In this document: positions 1-13,623 of the stretch, piece by piece
Position numbering within the stretch: position 1 is the stretch's first letter
Layout of the letters: each line of letters begins with the position of its first letter
NCBI RefSeq assembly: GCF_037042905.1
Contig: NC_087259.1
Location: 21,142,001 to 21,206,000 of the forward strand
Length of the DNA stretch: 64,000 nucleotides
DNA from: Lytechinus pictus
Taxonomy: Eukaryota
Direction of reading: 5' to 3'
Notes under the pieces: generated by a model
The model's input: only the letters and a program-made list of their open reading frames with translations
What the model was told of the DNA's origin: nothing
Databases searched by the model: none
Translations under genes and position numbers: made by a program

Positions 1-260
1 ATGATGACGATGAAGATGATGATGATAATGGTGATGAATGAATGTGGTGATGGTGATGCATGATGATGACAACGATGATGACGACGGCGTTGATTATGAT
101 GATGATGATGACGACGACGGCGTCGTTGTTGATGTGATGATGATGAAGTTGATAATGAGGACAATGATGACGACCAAGATGATGGATGAGGGTGATGGTC
201 ACAGTGATCGTGATGTTGATGATTATGATGGTGTCCGTGAAATGAAGATATGTGAAAGCG
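1..260. repeat. Degenerate (GAT/GAC)n trinucleotide microsatellite
   Basis: Runs of gatgatgac; these produce the Asp/Met-rich ORF 38..295, which is not a gene. Confidence 0.9.
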
Positions 261-2111
261 AAAATGACATGTTGCTGGTATTGCGGTATTACTAAATTCT
301 AGTAATGATGAAATTTAGTTTGTTGTTGCTCATGTGTCGACATTTACTTAGAACTTCTTTTTTGTGCTTGCGACCTACATGTACTTTGGCTAACTTTTTC
401 GGGAGGGGGGGTGGCTAACAATAAGGATTTTATATTCACATTAAGAACATTGACTTAAACGTAAAAACAAACAAAAACAGGACTGAATACATTGGTTAAA
501 AAAAGGGCATGAGACAAGCCATTAACAAAAATACATGAAAGCAAAATTGGGTGTGAAAGTTATTGATCACAACACAGATTTGTTAAAACATTGTAAAACA
601 GATGCAAAACATCACTTACAGTACTTGACTACTAACTAGGCATCGTCTTTACACAGTAAATTAGATCTTCCATACTGCAGTATAATATGCAATGAAATTA
701 CGTACAAGCATGGGTTGCTTGAAGGATACAATATCGATTTCTTTTTTTTCGTTTTCCATATTTTACGCATGGCTGATGAAGAAGTAGACGTACCGGAATT
801 TATTATCTTCTCGTGTATGAAAATTGAATGTATTTTGTTTGTATAGATTTACACATTGTTCTCCAATGTAAGTGACATTCAACGGTTGCATGATTGTTTA
901 TAAAGGGAAAGAGAAAAGATATAATACCTGCATGTGCATGTACAGTCCAACACATTTCTGCCACAAGTATAATAAATTGATTTAAAAAAATGGAAAAGGA
1001 AATAGTAGTGGGTCACAGAATGGAGAGGATACCAAGACTGCCCCTGTTCCCATGGAATGGAAATCTTATTATATTCTACTTTCTGCTCCTCTATAACAAC
1101 ACCACTATGATCACTGACATTTATTTACCCCCCCCCCCCCCACAACAAGAAAAAAATAATATTAATAAAAATAATAATGAAATAAAATAAATAAATGAAT
1201 AAAATGAAATTAAATAAAAAATAACAAAAAGACTAACAGCGATCAAAAATGAAAAATTTCATAAACAAATGAGTTGATAAAATGATAAATAAAACAAAAA
1301 TACTTGACATTTGATATGTCAATGGATGGTGAACGTGCCCAGATTGAGTGTAATGGCATTTGGATTACCATCTCGTCAAATTATTGGGCATCATTCAACC
1401 GTTCATACCTAATTACCTATACAAGAGTTGGTACCATAGAGGTGGATTTATCAAACTCTATGGTTGGGACACTCAAAATCTATTTAGTCGATATGAAGAG
1501 CTAAGTATAATACAGCGCAATTTTTCATAAACAAAACACGTATTTTAAATAAAATCAACGGCCTCTTAATTTGTAGGCCTTGCTTAAAAAACGACAAACA
1601 AACATATAAATGTTAAATTATAGGTCACCCCATTGCATGAAACAAAAAAGGTCAAACAATTATGTTAATATTCTTTTTAATACGTGTCTGCAACGCTTGC
1701 TTCTTTGATGGTTTATATTTCGTTTTTAGATAAACACACATGAATAAAACGCATCTTAGTTTCCGAATGATACAATAGTGTATTTCCTTCTTTTGCTTTC
1801 ATTCAGTTGCAGCAAACTCGTTGGCATCACTCAGTTTCCAGCTCCGATTGATGATTAGTTTTTGTTGAAAAGAACTTCCCATTGACAGTTAAATATTAAC
1901 AGAGATCTATACCTCCTATTTTCATTCTTTACTTATTTTTATTCTTTTTATTTATTTTTTTTATTGCCTTGGTACAAAGCAATGTATCCTTGAAATTGAA
2001 AGAGAAAGCAAACAAATCGCGAATTCACAAGTAAACAAGTTTACTACACAAGCAGATATCATCAAGGAGTTTTCAGTTTGGAACAGGATTACTATAAACT
2101 TCAACAAAAAG

Positions 2112-2525
2112 GGGTTTATTTCCAATTCGTCTAATGCCAATTCGTCCAATTGCCAACTCGTCAACTATCATTTGGTCTACCATCACTTCGTCCACTATCC
2201 ACATGGTATAATTGCCAATTCGTCCATTCACCATTTCGTCTAATAACCAGTTGGTCCAATAGCCATTTAGTCTCATTAGACTTAGTGTTGATTTTGCAAA
2301 ATGAATGAAAATGAAGTGGATATTAGACCAACTGGTTACGAGAAGAAATGGTCATAGACGAAATGGCGATTAGACGAAGTGACGATTGGACCAAATGGTT
2401 ATTGGACAAATTGGTTGTTAGACGAAATGTTGATGGATGGAATGGAATGAGACTAAATGAAAGTAGACCACGTAGACCAAGTGGTGAGTGGACGAGTTGG
2501 GAGTAGACGAATTGGCAATTTACCC
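2112..2525. mobile_element. Foldback-type MITE with arms of ~15-bp subrepeats
   Basis: Termini gggtttatttccaattcgtcta / tagacgaattggcaatttaccc; arms of ccaattcgtc-type units in opposite orientations; caaaaag on both sides (2105-2111, 2526-2532). Related remnants near 52810-52900 and 53460-53488. Confidence 0.8.
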
Positions 2526-4497
2526 CAAAAAGAATACGAAAATAATAAAAATCAACTTCCTTTTATCATGATAGGGATTGGCGTAAGGGAGCTACTAAAT
2601 CGAATTCACAAGATGAGTTCTTTTAACGTTGATTGTTGTGTGTAGTAATTATAGGCCTTAGTATAATCATTATTTTTTTAACAAATAACACTCTTTTCTC
2701 AAAATTTATCACGATGATTTCCAAGATACAATTTCCTTACTGAAATATTTCTATCTAACGAATGATTTATGTCCCCCGCCATTCAGAGCTACGACTTGGA
2801 ACAGTTAAAACTACATGGATAATTATGTTTTAATCTAAAGCTATATTTTCATGTACGTGAGTGTACTGTGTTACCTAATGGACTCACACTATTGACACGC
2901 GTCCCATCACCCAACAGTCTCGTGATGCATCATGGGAGTACCATGGCAACAGGAAATCAAGGAAATGAAGTCAGGGGGATTGTGAGGTCTTTTAAGGGGG
3001 ACAACGATACAAGAGTTTATAACCTCCTTTGGGATATTATCAATTGAAGCGCCGATCAATACCCTGTGTTGATAATTAAACCTTTACGCATTATAGGACT
3101 TACTTAAAGATCATAACGAATTAAAGAAGAATATTTATTGCAACATTGATACAAGGTGTGTATATTCATTCTGTCTCAATCAGTTATACTCATCTGCCTC
3201 ACATTGACGCCATGTCTAAATTTGAAATATTCATTATTATTCGAGTTCATTCTTCTTCTTCCTTTTTTTTAAGAATGAATCGAGTGATTGCTTATCCGAT
3301 ACAGCGTTGTGGCCCCCAAATGGAGCAATCTCAATAGAATCCTATGTCAAGTCAGATTCAGATTTATCAACGAACTTGTCGATCGTTTTCTTCCGAGGTC
3401 AAATTGACTATGGTCACGTGATGTGGAAGCCTACATGTATATCTTATCTTTCCTTTAAATTGGCTATCTAGGTCATATATTGTTGATAGATAAATTGCGG
3501 AAAAGTTACCAAAAAGAAAAATTGTGAAAAACATTGATTGGAGAAGGAGTCGAGAGTTTCAATTGATAGGACTACATGTTCGAATGTAAGCTAAATTTGA
3601 TAATAGAAAGTTTATAAGTTACATTAAAAGTCAGCGCCAGTTATCGCCAATTAACAAAATAATACAAGCCATGTTTGCTGAGATATTGAAGTATTCTTTT
3701 TAACCAATGATTGGATATTGAGACGATACAACTATATGTCCTACATGTAGGCCCTACGTTTTTATTCTCAATAGTCATCACAGACGTAAACAAGTCAATA
3801 CAAACATGAACCATTATTTGATCACACAAAATGGCGGCCTCCATGATATCAGGTGTAGAGTCCTGAGTCACGGTGACATTCAGGTTTTTTTTTATTCAGT
3901 GACGCCTTGACGATCGGAAATGAGTGTAGATTGTAGTGTAATTGTCAGTGGAAAGGTCGGACAAAATGGAAATATATTTGGATAAATAGAAACTTCATTC
4001 ACTGTAAAAAAAAAAATTTATAGGCATATCCAGGGGGCTTCCGATATCGAGACCGTCTTTAAAATAACATTGAACCAGGGCCAAATCAAACAGATACAAT
4101 GTAGACCTACCCATGGACCTACCGTGTGGATCACGGATCTAAGCAATATATTCATTGTTTAAATTTTATGAATTAAAAAAGCACGTACACTACCAGTTAC
4201 AATTCTTTGACTCACTATAACCAGAGAACAACAAAATTGGAGTATGTGAAATGCCAAGTTGTTAGATTGAGGGTATACTCCACTCGTATCACTCTCAACA
4301 TCCACTAATTACATGTACAATACATTGCCATCGTTTACACCTGATTAGATTTCAGTTCACCATGAATTATTGATAACATTAAACAATTTAATATCCCTAC
4401 GTGAAACGGGCCATCATAAAGAGGCAAGCGGAACAGTAAAAGGGCCTCTGGGATAATTTTCGACAGCTTGGAAACAGACAGGCTGGGGCACTGAAGT

Positions 4498-6076
4498 CAG
4501 TGGCGTAACAGGCGGGGGGCAGGGGGGGCAAGTTGCCCCCCCCCCCTGGCGGAGCTCACCGGGAAAATAAACAAAAAACGGGAAAAAGAAAAAAAAAAGG
4601 GGGGAAGAAAGGGAAAGGGAAAGGAAAGAAAAAAGGGGAAAGGGGAAGGGGAAGGGGAAGGGGAAAGGGAAAGGAAAAGGGAAAAGAAAACTAAGAAAAA
4701 ACATAAAAAAGGAAGAAAAAAAACAAGTGAGAAAGAACAATTCGCCCCGATACACAAATACATGTACATTAGCATGATTAGTAAGACAGGGAAATAGATT
4801 AAAGATGACAAAAAGGCAAACAAAAGCGGGAAATAAAGGCAGAATGGAATTAGCCAAAATCTAAATTAATTTGGAAAATAAAGAATAGGGACAAGATAAC
4901 GTACACTACCGGGCTGCCGAGGATTGAGATAACGAGCGGGAAGAAAAATGGATGGTATATAGCATAATGTCGTATGAAAGTCTATCATAAACTTGCTAAA
5001 TCTCCAAAGGCTCTATCCAAGAGTCAAGACCACGTGCAGTGGGGGCTCTTCATCTGTAACCTTTAATGGGTTCTATAACAGGCCCCTATATAGACCCTTG
5101 CTGCATTAAGCTTTACGTTGAAGCACTGGCGTACCGGGGGGTTGTTCCACAGCCAAGGGGAAACAAAAGAAAATAAAGGAGGCAGCAAAATGAGATGAAT
5201 GAAAAAATATATGACATGATATGTGCTATAATGATGTAAAAATCTATCACATATAATTAGAATTTCATTTTAACAGGCCATTTTTTTTTCTGGCTCGCTT
5301 CGCTCGCTGGCGACTTTTTACAAATTTTCCCACATTTGCTATGCTGTGCCCCTCACAATATTTGGATGATTACGATACACAACTGCATGCATTGAATTTA
5401 TGTGTTGTGTTAAAGCTATATAAATATACACACAATTTGATTAAAATAAGTGGCCATCTGTAAGGTTTAAAATGGCTTTGATATCAAGAGGTTCCGGGGC
5501 TCTGCCCTGGACCCCACCCTAAAGCACTGTTATATGGATGAGTTTGGACCATGGCCCCCAAAAGTTCTACAACCAAACAAAAAAAATGAGTAAAGAAAGG
5601 AAAGTGTATTATATTTTCTGAATATCACGTTAAAATCTATCTTCATGTTAGATTTTCATGAAAAGGTGATTTTTTAAATCTCGCTCGATTCGCTCGCTCG
5701 GGACCTATATTAAGCTACTTCTTGCCAGAAGCGCCATACTCGGACCCCTCGAGCATATAGAGCTTCGCCCTGATGCTCACAATCATAACAAAAATCCTGT
5801 TCACCGTGGCGTACAAAAAAGAGAGAAAAGAGGATAGACAGGAGGGTGAATATGATATCATCTTTTTAACATTATGTCAAATCCTATCACAAAATTTGAT
5901 TTTTGCAATAAAAATGTCAAAATTTTTGCTCGCTCGCTTATATATATATTTTCCCGATACGCCATATCGCCCCCTCTAAATTTTTGCCTTATGACGCCAT
6001 TGCCTGTTCCATGATATGACCGGGAAATTTTTGGCTCTTGCCCCCCCCCTGGCCACCGACCCATGTTACGCCGCTG
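4498..6076. mobile_element. Non-autonomous hAT-like composite element
   Basis: TIR CAGTGGCGTAAC / GTTACGCCGCTG; perfect 8-bp TSD ACTGAAGT (4490-4497, 6077-6084); internal purine tract and gctcgct(t)cgctcg motifs; no transposase. Confidence 0.85.
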
Positions 6077-9000
6077 ACTGAAGTAGGCCTATGATAACGA
6101 ATAAATAGTACAAATGAACTCGACAATGACGATCAAAGTCACGTGATCTCTCTGTCTGACTCCTAATTAGTCGCATGATTTATCAATACAACCTATATGA
6201 TTCCGATTACCCTAGATAGGCCTATATTATGCGCTCGGTTGACTGTGCATACCCATAGATAAATGTAAATATAATAAATATTCATGTTTACTTGTTTGCC
6301 ATCTTCCTAATAACAGTCACGGTCGCAACAAGCATGCACGAGCTAAATAAATAAACCTACATGATATTCTGATTGAAGACAGACAGACGTTCAGTATGTA
6401 TCGTCACGTCAATGACCATGGTGTTTTATTATATTGACTCAGAACTTGGGTAAATTATATAAGTATTGAATTATAAAAGCAAATATCGATCCATGGGCAA
6501 TGATGGTACATTGAGAATAATTCATATCGGTAAAGTATCACTGAAATGAGATTACCGGTAAGGGGAAGTTTTATAAAGACAAGGAAAACAAGTTATTGGA
6601 AAAAAAAAATTATATAACAATCTTCTGATGTGGGAGATAGACCTTTCTAAAGACTTTGGTGCAGAGTGAGAAGGGGGGAGGGGGAAATGGAGAGGAAATA
6701 AGGGGACCAGCTTAAAAATCATAAAATCAATATAACAAGAACTTCAAGAAGTATAATAAGCCCCATCCCGGAAATATCGATTTCTTATGTAAATGGGTCG
6801 TAGAGATTATACAGCTAGGGGGATTAAAGACGAGAATAATTCAAAGCAATGCGACTTCTTCCTTCAAATTCGCAAAAGCCAGAAAGACCATCACACAATA
6901 TTGTGTGTATAGCAGGTCCTTCAATCTTTGTAATTAGAAATGCCATCAGCAAATACAAAATACATGTAGGAAAAAAATAAGTAATTTCAGAGTACATGTG
7001 TCCATGGCATACATGGAGAAGACGATAATCAATGCAGAACTCCGAAAATCGTACTAGTTAACAACAATAATAAGTTTTTACCAACAAAAAAATATATATA
7101 TTTCCAGTTTCCACATAAAAAAATACTCCGAATCCACGATGCTAATATCATCAATGATAATCACTATATTATATGATTCTTGTTAAAGTATGTTATTATG
7201 ATTAGGGTGTTTGTTATGATCACAATGATTTTAATGAATTCCTATTCTTTTTTTTTTGTGTATAATGCATCACTGTCCTGACAATTTTTATTGCGACGTT
7301 CCAACGTCATATTGCTATTTTCCCCCTCATACTATTTAGTAACAACTAGTACAGTAATTGACGCTTATTTATACTAAATTCATTAAATAATACTTAGCAT
7401 TATCATACGGCAGTTTTGTTTTTTTAATCTTATTTTTGTTGTTGCGCATGACGAGTATACTGCATGCATTAATAAGCTTCTTAGAAATCAGGCAAATAAA
7501 ATATACCACTAGAACAGTAGAACCAATAACGATGAAAAACGTGAACGGTATATAATATCGCTTGGTACAAAATAGGGGGATTGTTTGCAAATGCAATTGT
7601 GTAAAACTTTGTACCAGAAGCTTGATTTACTTTTTTTTTTGCACAACTTTTCAATGAACAATTACCGTACCCGGGGACAATTATATTTTTTGTCAATTTC
7701 ACTTGAACAGAATGGAATTAAACATAAATCAATACCGGTTAAACGAAAAAAATGTAATTCATGTCTTTCAAAATCGGTTAAAAACATGCCCCAGTGACAT
7801 TTCCCCCTGTTTTAACTGATTGTTTCTGAATGACTGTGAATAATCATGTAAAAAAGTACAAAAAATGAAAATATTGGTTGAATAAATGAGTTTGATCACA
7901 TATCTATATGTATCGTGCTTATTGTTATTGGGGCCAGTTTGGAATTCGTGCAGGTATAGTCGGGAAAAAAAATTGGGAAAGGGGGGGGGTCACGATTTTC
8001 AACCACTCTTTCGAGGGAGATGTCTAGATGTCGTGATCGTATTTCAAGAGTAAAGAACCGTACACGTATTGAGGTCAATATCATGATCGTTGATTTCATG
8101 CACGTTTTTTTTTTCGGCGCGAAGAATTTTTAGCCAGTCTGTCGTCTTGATCGATCACTGTGCAATGTCAAGGGATCACATGACACCTCTCCCACTCAAC
8201 ATAAATCACATTCCAGCCCCCCCCCCCCATATACATGTACTCCCACACTCATACCACCCCCCCCCCCACCCCCGTTCAGACGCATGAAATTCCCATGATG
8301 TGCTCATTTTGTTAGTGTGTGTGTTTTTTTCATAACTTTAAATGATTTTCATATCATTCGAAAGGCGAATCCCAAAATCAACAAATAATAATTGGAATAA
8401 CATACGATCAAGATGATTAGATACGAACACTTGTCAACAATATTTTACGTAGAAATATCTAACCATTGACATTTTTCTGTTCTGTGCAGGAAATTGAATG
8501 TGTATACAATGGATGTGCTGAAGGTCGGAGGGGTGACACTCGTCAAATAAATTGGTCCTTTTTTGACAACTTTTAATAGCGACGATTTTGTATCAGTTAA
8601 ATGGAGATCTATTAGTATTTTTCTGACCAAAATAAGCATATAATCATGTACGAAGAGACTTTATTGTAATTTTCAAATGCATGGGGGTGTAGAGTGCGGG
8701 GCCGGTCAGCTTGTATAATAATTGCAAAAGTAACTTTTGTCAGTTGTTGTTTGACAGTCAGTGGCAGTCCATGTTGAATTGATTTCTCATCTATATACTT
8801 TTAGATGGAGTTGTCATTTTGTTAGGGAGCTTTTGACAAAACCAACAACCCGTCTGTCCGTGAACGTGGGTGTGAAATGAAAACACGTCAGTAATCATCT
8901 ACTGTGTACTTGAGAGTCAACTCAGGTGTGTCCCGAAATTCTGTTGATTCAAGATCGTATGGTGCGCTCTTTCATAAAGTGTTTTTCCTTTCTCGTACAT

Positions 9001-11479
9001 TGACACCTATCATCATATTCAGTCATATGTCGTCCAAACCTGAGAGTTCTGCTTACATGGAGCATGGGCGTGTTGTACAATTCAGGATATGGTCAAAGGG
9101 CTTGCAAAGAAATTTATGGCAGTGAATGATAGAATGCCACACCCAATAATCCGTGGCGCGTCACTCGACAGAATTTGATGTTAGCATAAAAATATTACCG
9201 TCTAAATGATTTGAATGTCTGAAACGCAAAGACATACACGCTAATGTATCTGAGGGGGGGGGGGGGGGATTGCCCCATGATAGAATTTTGATGAATTTAT
9301 TTTGATTTGTCAGAAAAATTTTGCCTTAAAAAGTGCTTATTTGGGGTATCTAATTCCCCCACCCCTGTTGAAGAGACGGGTGACGAGATTATGCAGGTAC
9401 GCCATTAGGCATTTAATACAGGCTACATGAACATGATTTCTGAACAATGTCGTTTTGACCTTGTTATTTTATACGTGCATTAATAGTTTATAGGTGATAA
9501 TCAGGGAGAGATAAGGGAGGAAAATGATAGCATATATTGTGGTGAAAACAATAGTCATTTCATGTTACATCATATCCAATAGAGCATTTCAACAAAGCAA
9601 GCCTGTTCTTGAAAATGCAACTTGCCGAACATAGCAACTTGTTATTGATGCACCGTAGAAAAACTGAGCCTTAATGTTGTATCACCAGACACCGTCCCAC
9701 TAATAGGTTCCCAGTGAAACTAAACGCAAGAAAAGTAAACTTTGAAGGCATGCAGTGATGCAGGGAGTATTGAAAGGGTAAAGTCATGTTGGCAGCAGTA
9801 ATTAGGCTACATAATAATACATTTTATACTTTTGTTATTAAAAGGTTCAGATTAAGTTTAAATAGTCATCACCCCTCCCTCCTTGGATGACGCGAGACCC
9901 CTTTATTAAACGAATTAAAATCGATTTATCCCCTGCTTATGGGGACAAGGAGGTTAAACTGCGGTTTCCTAGCAGACGACGTCTCCCTGAAAAAGAAAGG
10001 CCATCCGGCACCCGGAAGTGAATGTGCAAAGGTCACATTCTCATTTGGTGACCTACTCTGTTTCCCTGTAAAACATCCTAGAAACGGTTTTAGTCAACGC
10101 AAGAGGAAATTCGGCATATCCCGTCAAACACGACTCTTCGACCGTCATGTTTATCACAAAATTGGGACAGCCAAGTTTATGTACAGACTGAATGGAGTTG
10201 AATGAATGGGACTTCAGCACAATAACTCATATTACTATGAGAGATCTTCAACCAGTGAATGAACTCACTGTGACCCAAGGCGAGACTATAATTCGACTTA
10301 GAGCACAGATATCTTATGGATGGCATTAGTTGGATTGGATTATTTGGATGATATGGATTATTGGGGGGTGTCTAAGAAGAACAAAATCACTGTCAATTTA
10401 TTATGCAATGAGCTAGAGGTGTGTTGTTATGTCGGTGCATAAATTATCTGAATTCAGTTAGGCAAATTTGAAACCCCAGTTAGAACAACCGAATTGGTCA
10501 ATATATATAGCCTTGTCTGCCATATCGGCAAGTGACTAATAATAAACCAACGTAAAATCGTATAATACAAATGTTTATTCTTATATATTGTTTTACTTTT
10601 TAAGTAGGATTTCCGACAAAAATCCAATTTGATACGGATCCATGCCTTAATTGTTCTTTTTGGGGGCGGCAACAATTTATTTAGGGGCAAAACAGTATAA
10701 TAGAGTTGACGCCTCCCGAAGATCCGTCTTTAATCTTTATTTTAAACAACCTGCATGGATAACAACAAAAATCATCTAAATGAGCAGAAATAGCAATTTG
10801 AACACGTGATCAATTATCATTGTCTCAACCATTGCCCTTTCCCTCTTTAATTTTTTTTTTACAAAATTAGGTTATACTTTCGTGTATAGTTTTACAAGAC
10901 TTTACAGTTTAGCCGAAGGAAATAAGCTCATTTTCACAAAATTAAGCTAAAAGGAAACGCCAACTTTTGCCCGTTGAGCTGGTCATTGACAATATCCGTC
11001 GCCGGACAATAGTTCTTTATGTCTGACTGATTAGGAGTGAATTAGCAGCGACTATCTCACGCATATCCATGTGATAGCTTGTTATATCCAATAAATCTAC
11101 ATGTACAGGCACGTCAAAGTCTGCATAGTGTTGATTATCGAGTGTATTGAAGATGCAAACATTTTGAAAAATGACAAAAAATATATTCCCTCGTTTAAAT
11201 TGCAATTTGGAATTATATCAGAGAAAATTAGAAGTAACATAGAACGTTACATAACATGTAAAAGAAAGAAACTTGGGGTGGGGGGATACACGCCTATTTA
11301 ATAATTTGTTTTCACGAGTGTAATTCCCCTTTTCTTTTACGCGTTAGTTATAAGTTCCGCACTAAACGAAATTCTCGATCATTTTTTTTAATGATCGAAA
11401 TAAGTTTGATACTTTGATTCCCATGCATGCAGTCTAAATTTACGATTCAAACTCTCGACCAAAATATAAATTGACTGTA

Positions 11480-11950
11480 AATGTCCATTCATATTCAACA
11501 AGACAAAATAGTGATTTATATTTACCTTTGTTGAATTATGAATCTTCTAGAACAAATGTAAAATATGCTGGAGTTATTTTATGGAACAAAATACTTAAAG
11601 AAATTAAAAAGATGTCCATCTCTTGCCTCTTTCAAAAACAGCTATAAAATTCCATATTAATGCCTATAAATAAATCTGAAATATTATCCACCCATATGTA
11701 CTTAGATGCTTACAATACAATATATATATCTCTCTCTCTCTCTTCTATGATTATTATTATTATAATATTATAGTCTCGGGAGCCCAGCCTTAGAAAGGCC
11801 GTTGGCCTATGCTGGCTCCCTCATATTCTCAATTATTCTCTTGTTAAATGTATTTCTATATTTTTGTATCTTTATTTGTATAAAGTGTATTCTTAAGTTT
11901 GATTTGTATGCTGTATGTTTTTAATGAGAATTTGGAATAAATAAATGAAA
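11480..11950 (+). mobile_element. 3' end of a degraded CR1/L2/Crack-group LINE
   Basis: Translates patchily to ORF2 C-terminal-like RQNSDLYLP..RTNVKYAGVILWNKI..SFKN; 3' UTR hairpin gggagcccagc...gctggctccc; aataaataaatgaaatg tail. Confidence 0.65.
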
Positions 11951-13360
11951 TGGACTAAAGCTCATTTTCAAGCATTATTTTCATAATTTTCAGCTTGCCT
12001 GTTTATGTTACCGTTTTTTATTTCATTCAATATTTTTTTTTATCTCGTTGATATATCTTGACGAAAAAACGTCTCTCTGAACTTCGATTGCCCTTTATCT
12101 ACCTATTCTAGACTCTGAACTCAAAATCTATATCAAATTTATCTTTCAATGTCAATCTTCCTTTTACCACATGGCAGCTACAACAAACTTACTTTGCACC
12201 TTTCATGCGTGCGAACACTACAAGAGCCATAGGTGTACGGGCCCATGATTCAGTTGCAAGCTAGAGCGGATGCTTTTTGTGCAACACCTCGAAACTAGGA
12301 GATATTTTCGAAGAAATTTTTTTTTTCTATAAATTTTGTTTCTACCTATTTTTTTTTTGTAGCATGGATTTATTTATATTATTGGAGTTTCCCGGGCATC
12401 CTTAATCATCCATCTCCAGTTATTACGATGATTCGGGTTGACGTCTGTCGATCCTGTCAGTTTTTAAAGGATGTGGGTCGGAGTTCATTTTTATTTTAAA
12501 GAAAATGTATCAAACAAAGCGCCAAATTTCGAAGTGTTAACAAATTGGGATATTGAAAGCAAAATCGTACAATAAGAATAAAACTCGAAAATCCCATATA
12601 TATCAAATATACTTGAGTATTCAGACCCATTTCTTATATTAACTACTCTTTCCCCATATTTCTATTTACACACTTACGAAAGCACCAAATAATATTTCTG
12701 GTTTTAGAACTGCATCATTCAATTGATGACGTAATCATCCACACTACAACACAAAGGAAGTGGAGTTAGTCAGGTCATGCCGGAAACCTAGTAAATTTGA
12801 TAAGTGAGACACTCAGCGTACAAGGAAAAGCAGGGAGGAAACGAATGCAAGAAAGTAAATGTTCATTTTTCCAGGATGTGTATACATGCATGTCTGTATG
12901 CGTTCATTAAATTATATAGAAAAGGCTCGTAATTTCGTGTTTTTTTTTATTACAGGGAAATAATGAAACTTCCAAGAAATAATGAACTGAATAAGATATA
13001 AACTACTGTAACATCCCACACAACAACGAATAATATTATACAACTTGCTAGGCAAGTAGCACTCGAATTCAGTAAAAAATTAAAATAAAGAAAAAGGCCC
13101 GCAAAATAACCTATAATAATCACCACCAAAGCATGAATGAACTAAATTAATAAACAGTAAACAAAATTGTTGAAAAATCAAGTTTGAAAGCCAATTCAAC
13201 AAAACGTGACGTTTATATCAAATAGGTTTGAAATGTGAATGGTTAAAAGTGGCAAAAAATGGTGTAAAAGCGTACCCGAAATGCCCGTGATATAAAACGG
13301 CATCCACGTTTCCAAGATATAAAACGGCATCCATTGTATTAATGGTATTGTCATACTTAC

Positions 13361-13623
13361 ATGCCAAGGTCTCCATAGGTGATAAAGAAATCCATGTTGC
13401 TGCAACCTTGTACCCATCCCACCTCCCACGTATCTGAAGAGCTGACGGGCGGGAATCGAACCTTTGCTGAGGCCCTGAAGTGTGGTGTCTGGTACTTGAG
13501 CACCGTTGGTGATGTCTCAATGAGGGTCGTTGGTTGGGGGTCAATGCGGGCATGGAGGTCAGTGACTTTGATATCGCCTTCGAGGCCGTGGTTCTTATTC
13601 CGTTTGGATAATATACAACCCAT
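13361..13623 (-). CDS. FAM78: FAM78 family protein, first coding exon (partial; intron >13 kb runs out of the window)
   Basis: MGCILSK...LKYQTPHFRASAKV..PP....TWEVGWVQGCSNMDFFITYGDLGM matches the FAM78A/B N-terminal half (LRYRTPHFRASA..WVVGWIQACSHMEF..YG..GM). Ends at donor GGCAT|GTAAGT (GT at 13360-13359). The expected SSWELP continuation was not found in 1-13360. Confidence 0.92.

Noticed and set aside
38-295. Asp/Met-rich 85-aa ORF
   Set aside because: Translation of a (GAT)n microsatellite.
4414-4857. Phe/Pro-rich hydrophobic ORFs
   Set aside because: Antisense reading of the purine tract inside a hAT-like element.
8700-10330. Non-repetitive, motif-rich tract in the FAM78 intron as an exon or enhancer
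   Set aside because: No FAM78 exon 2 peptide found, and enhancer status cannot be supported without conservation or chromatin data.
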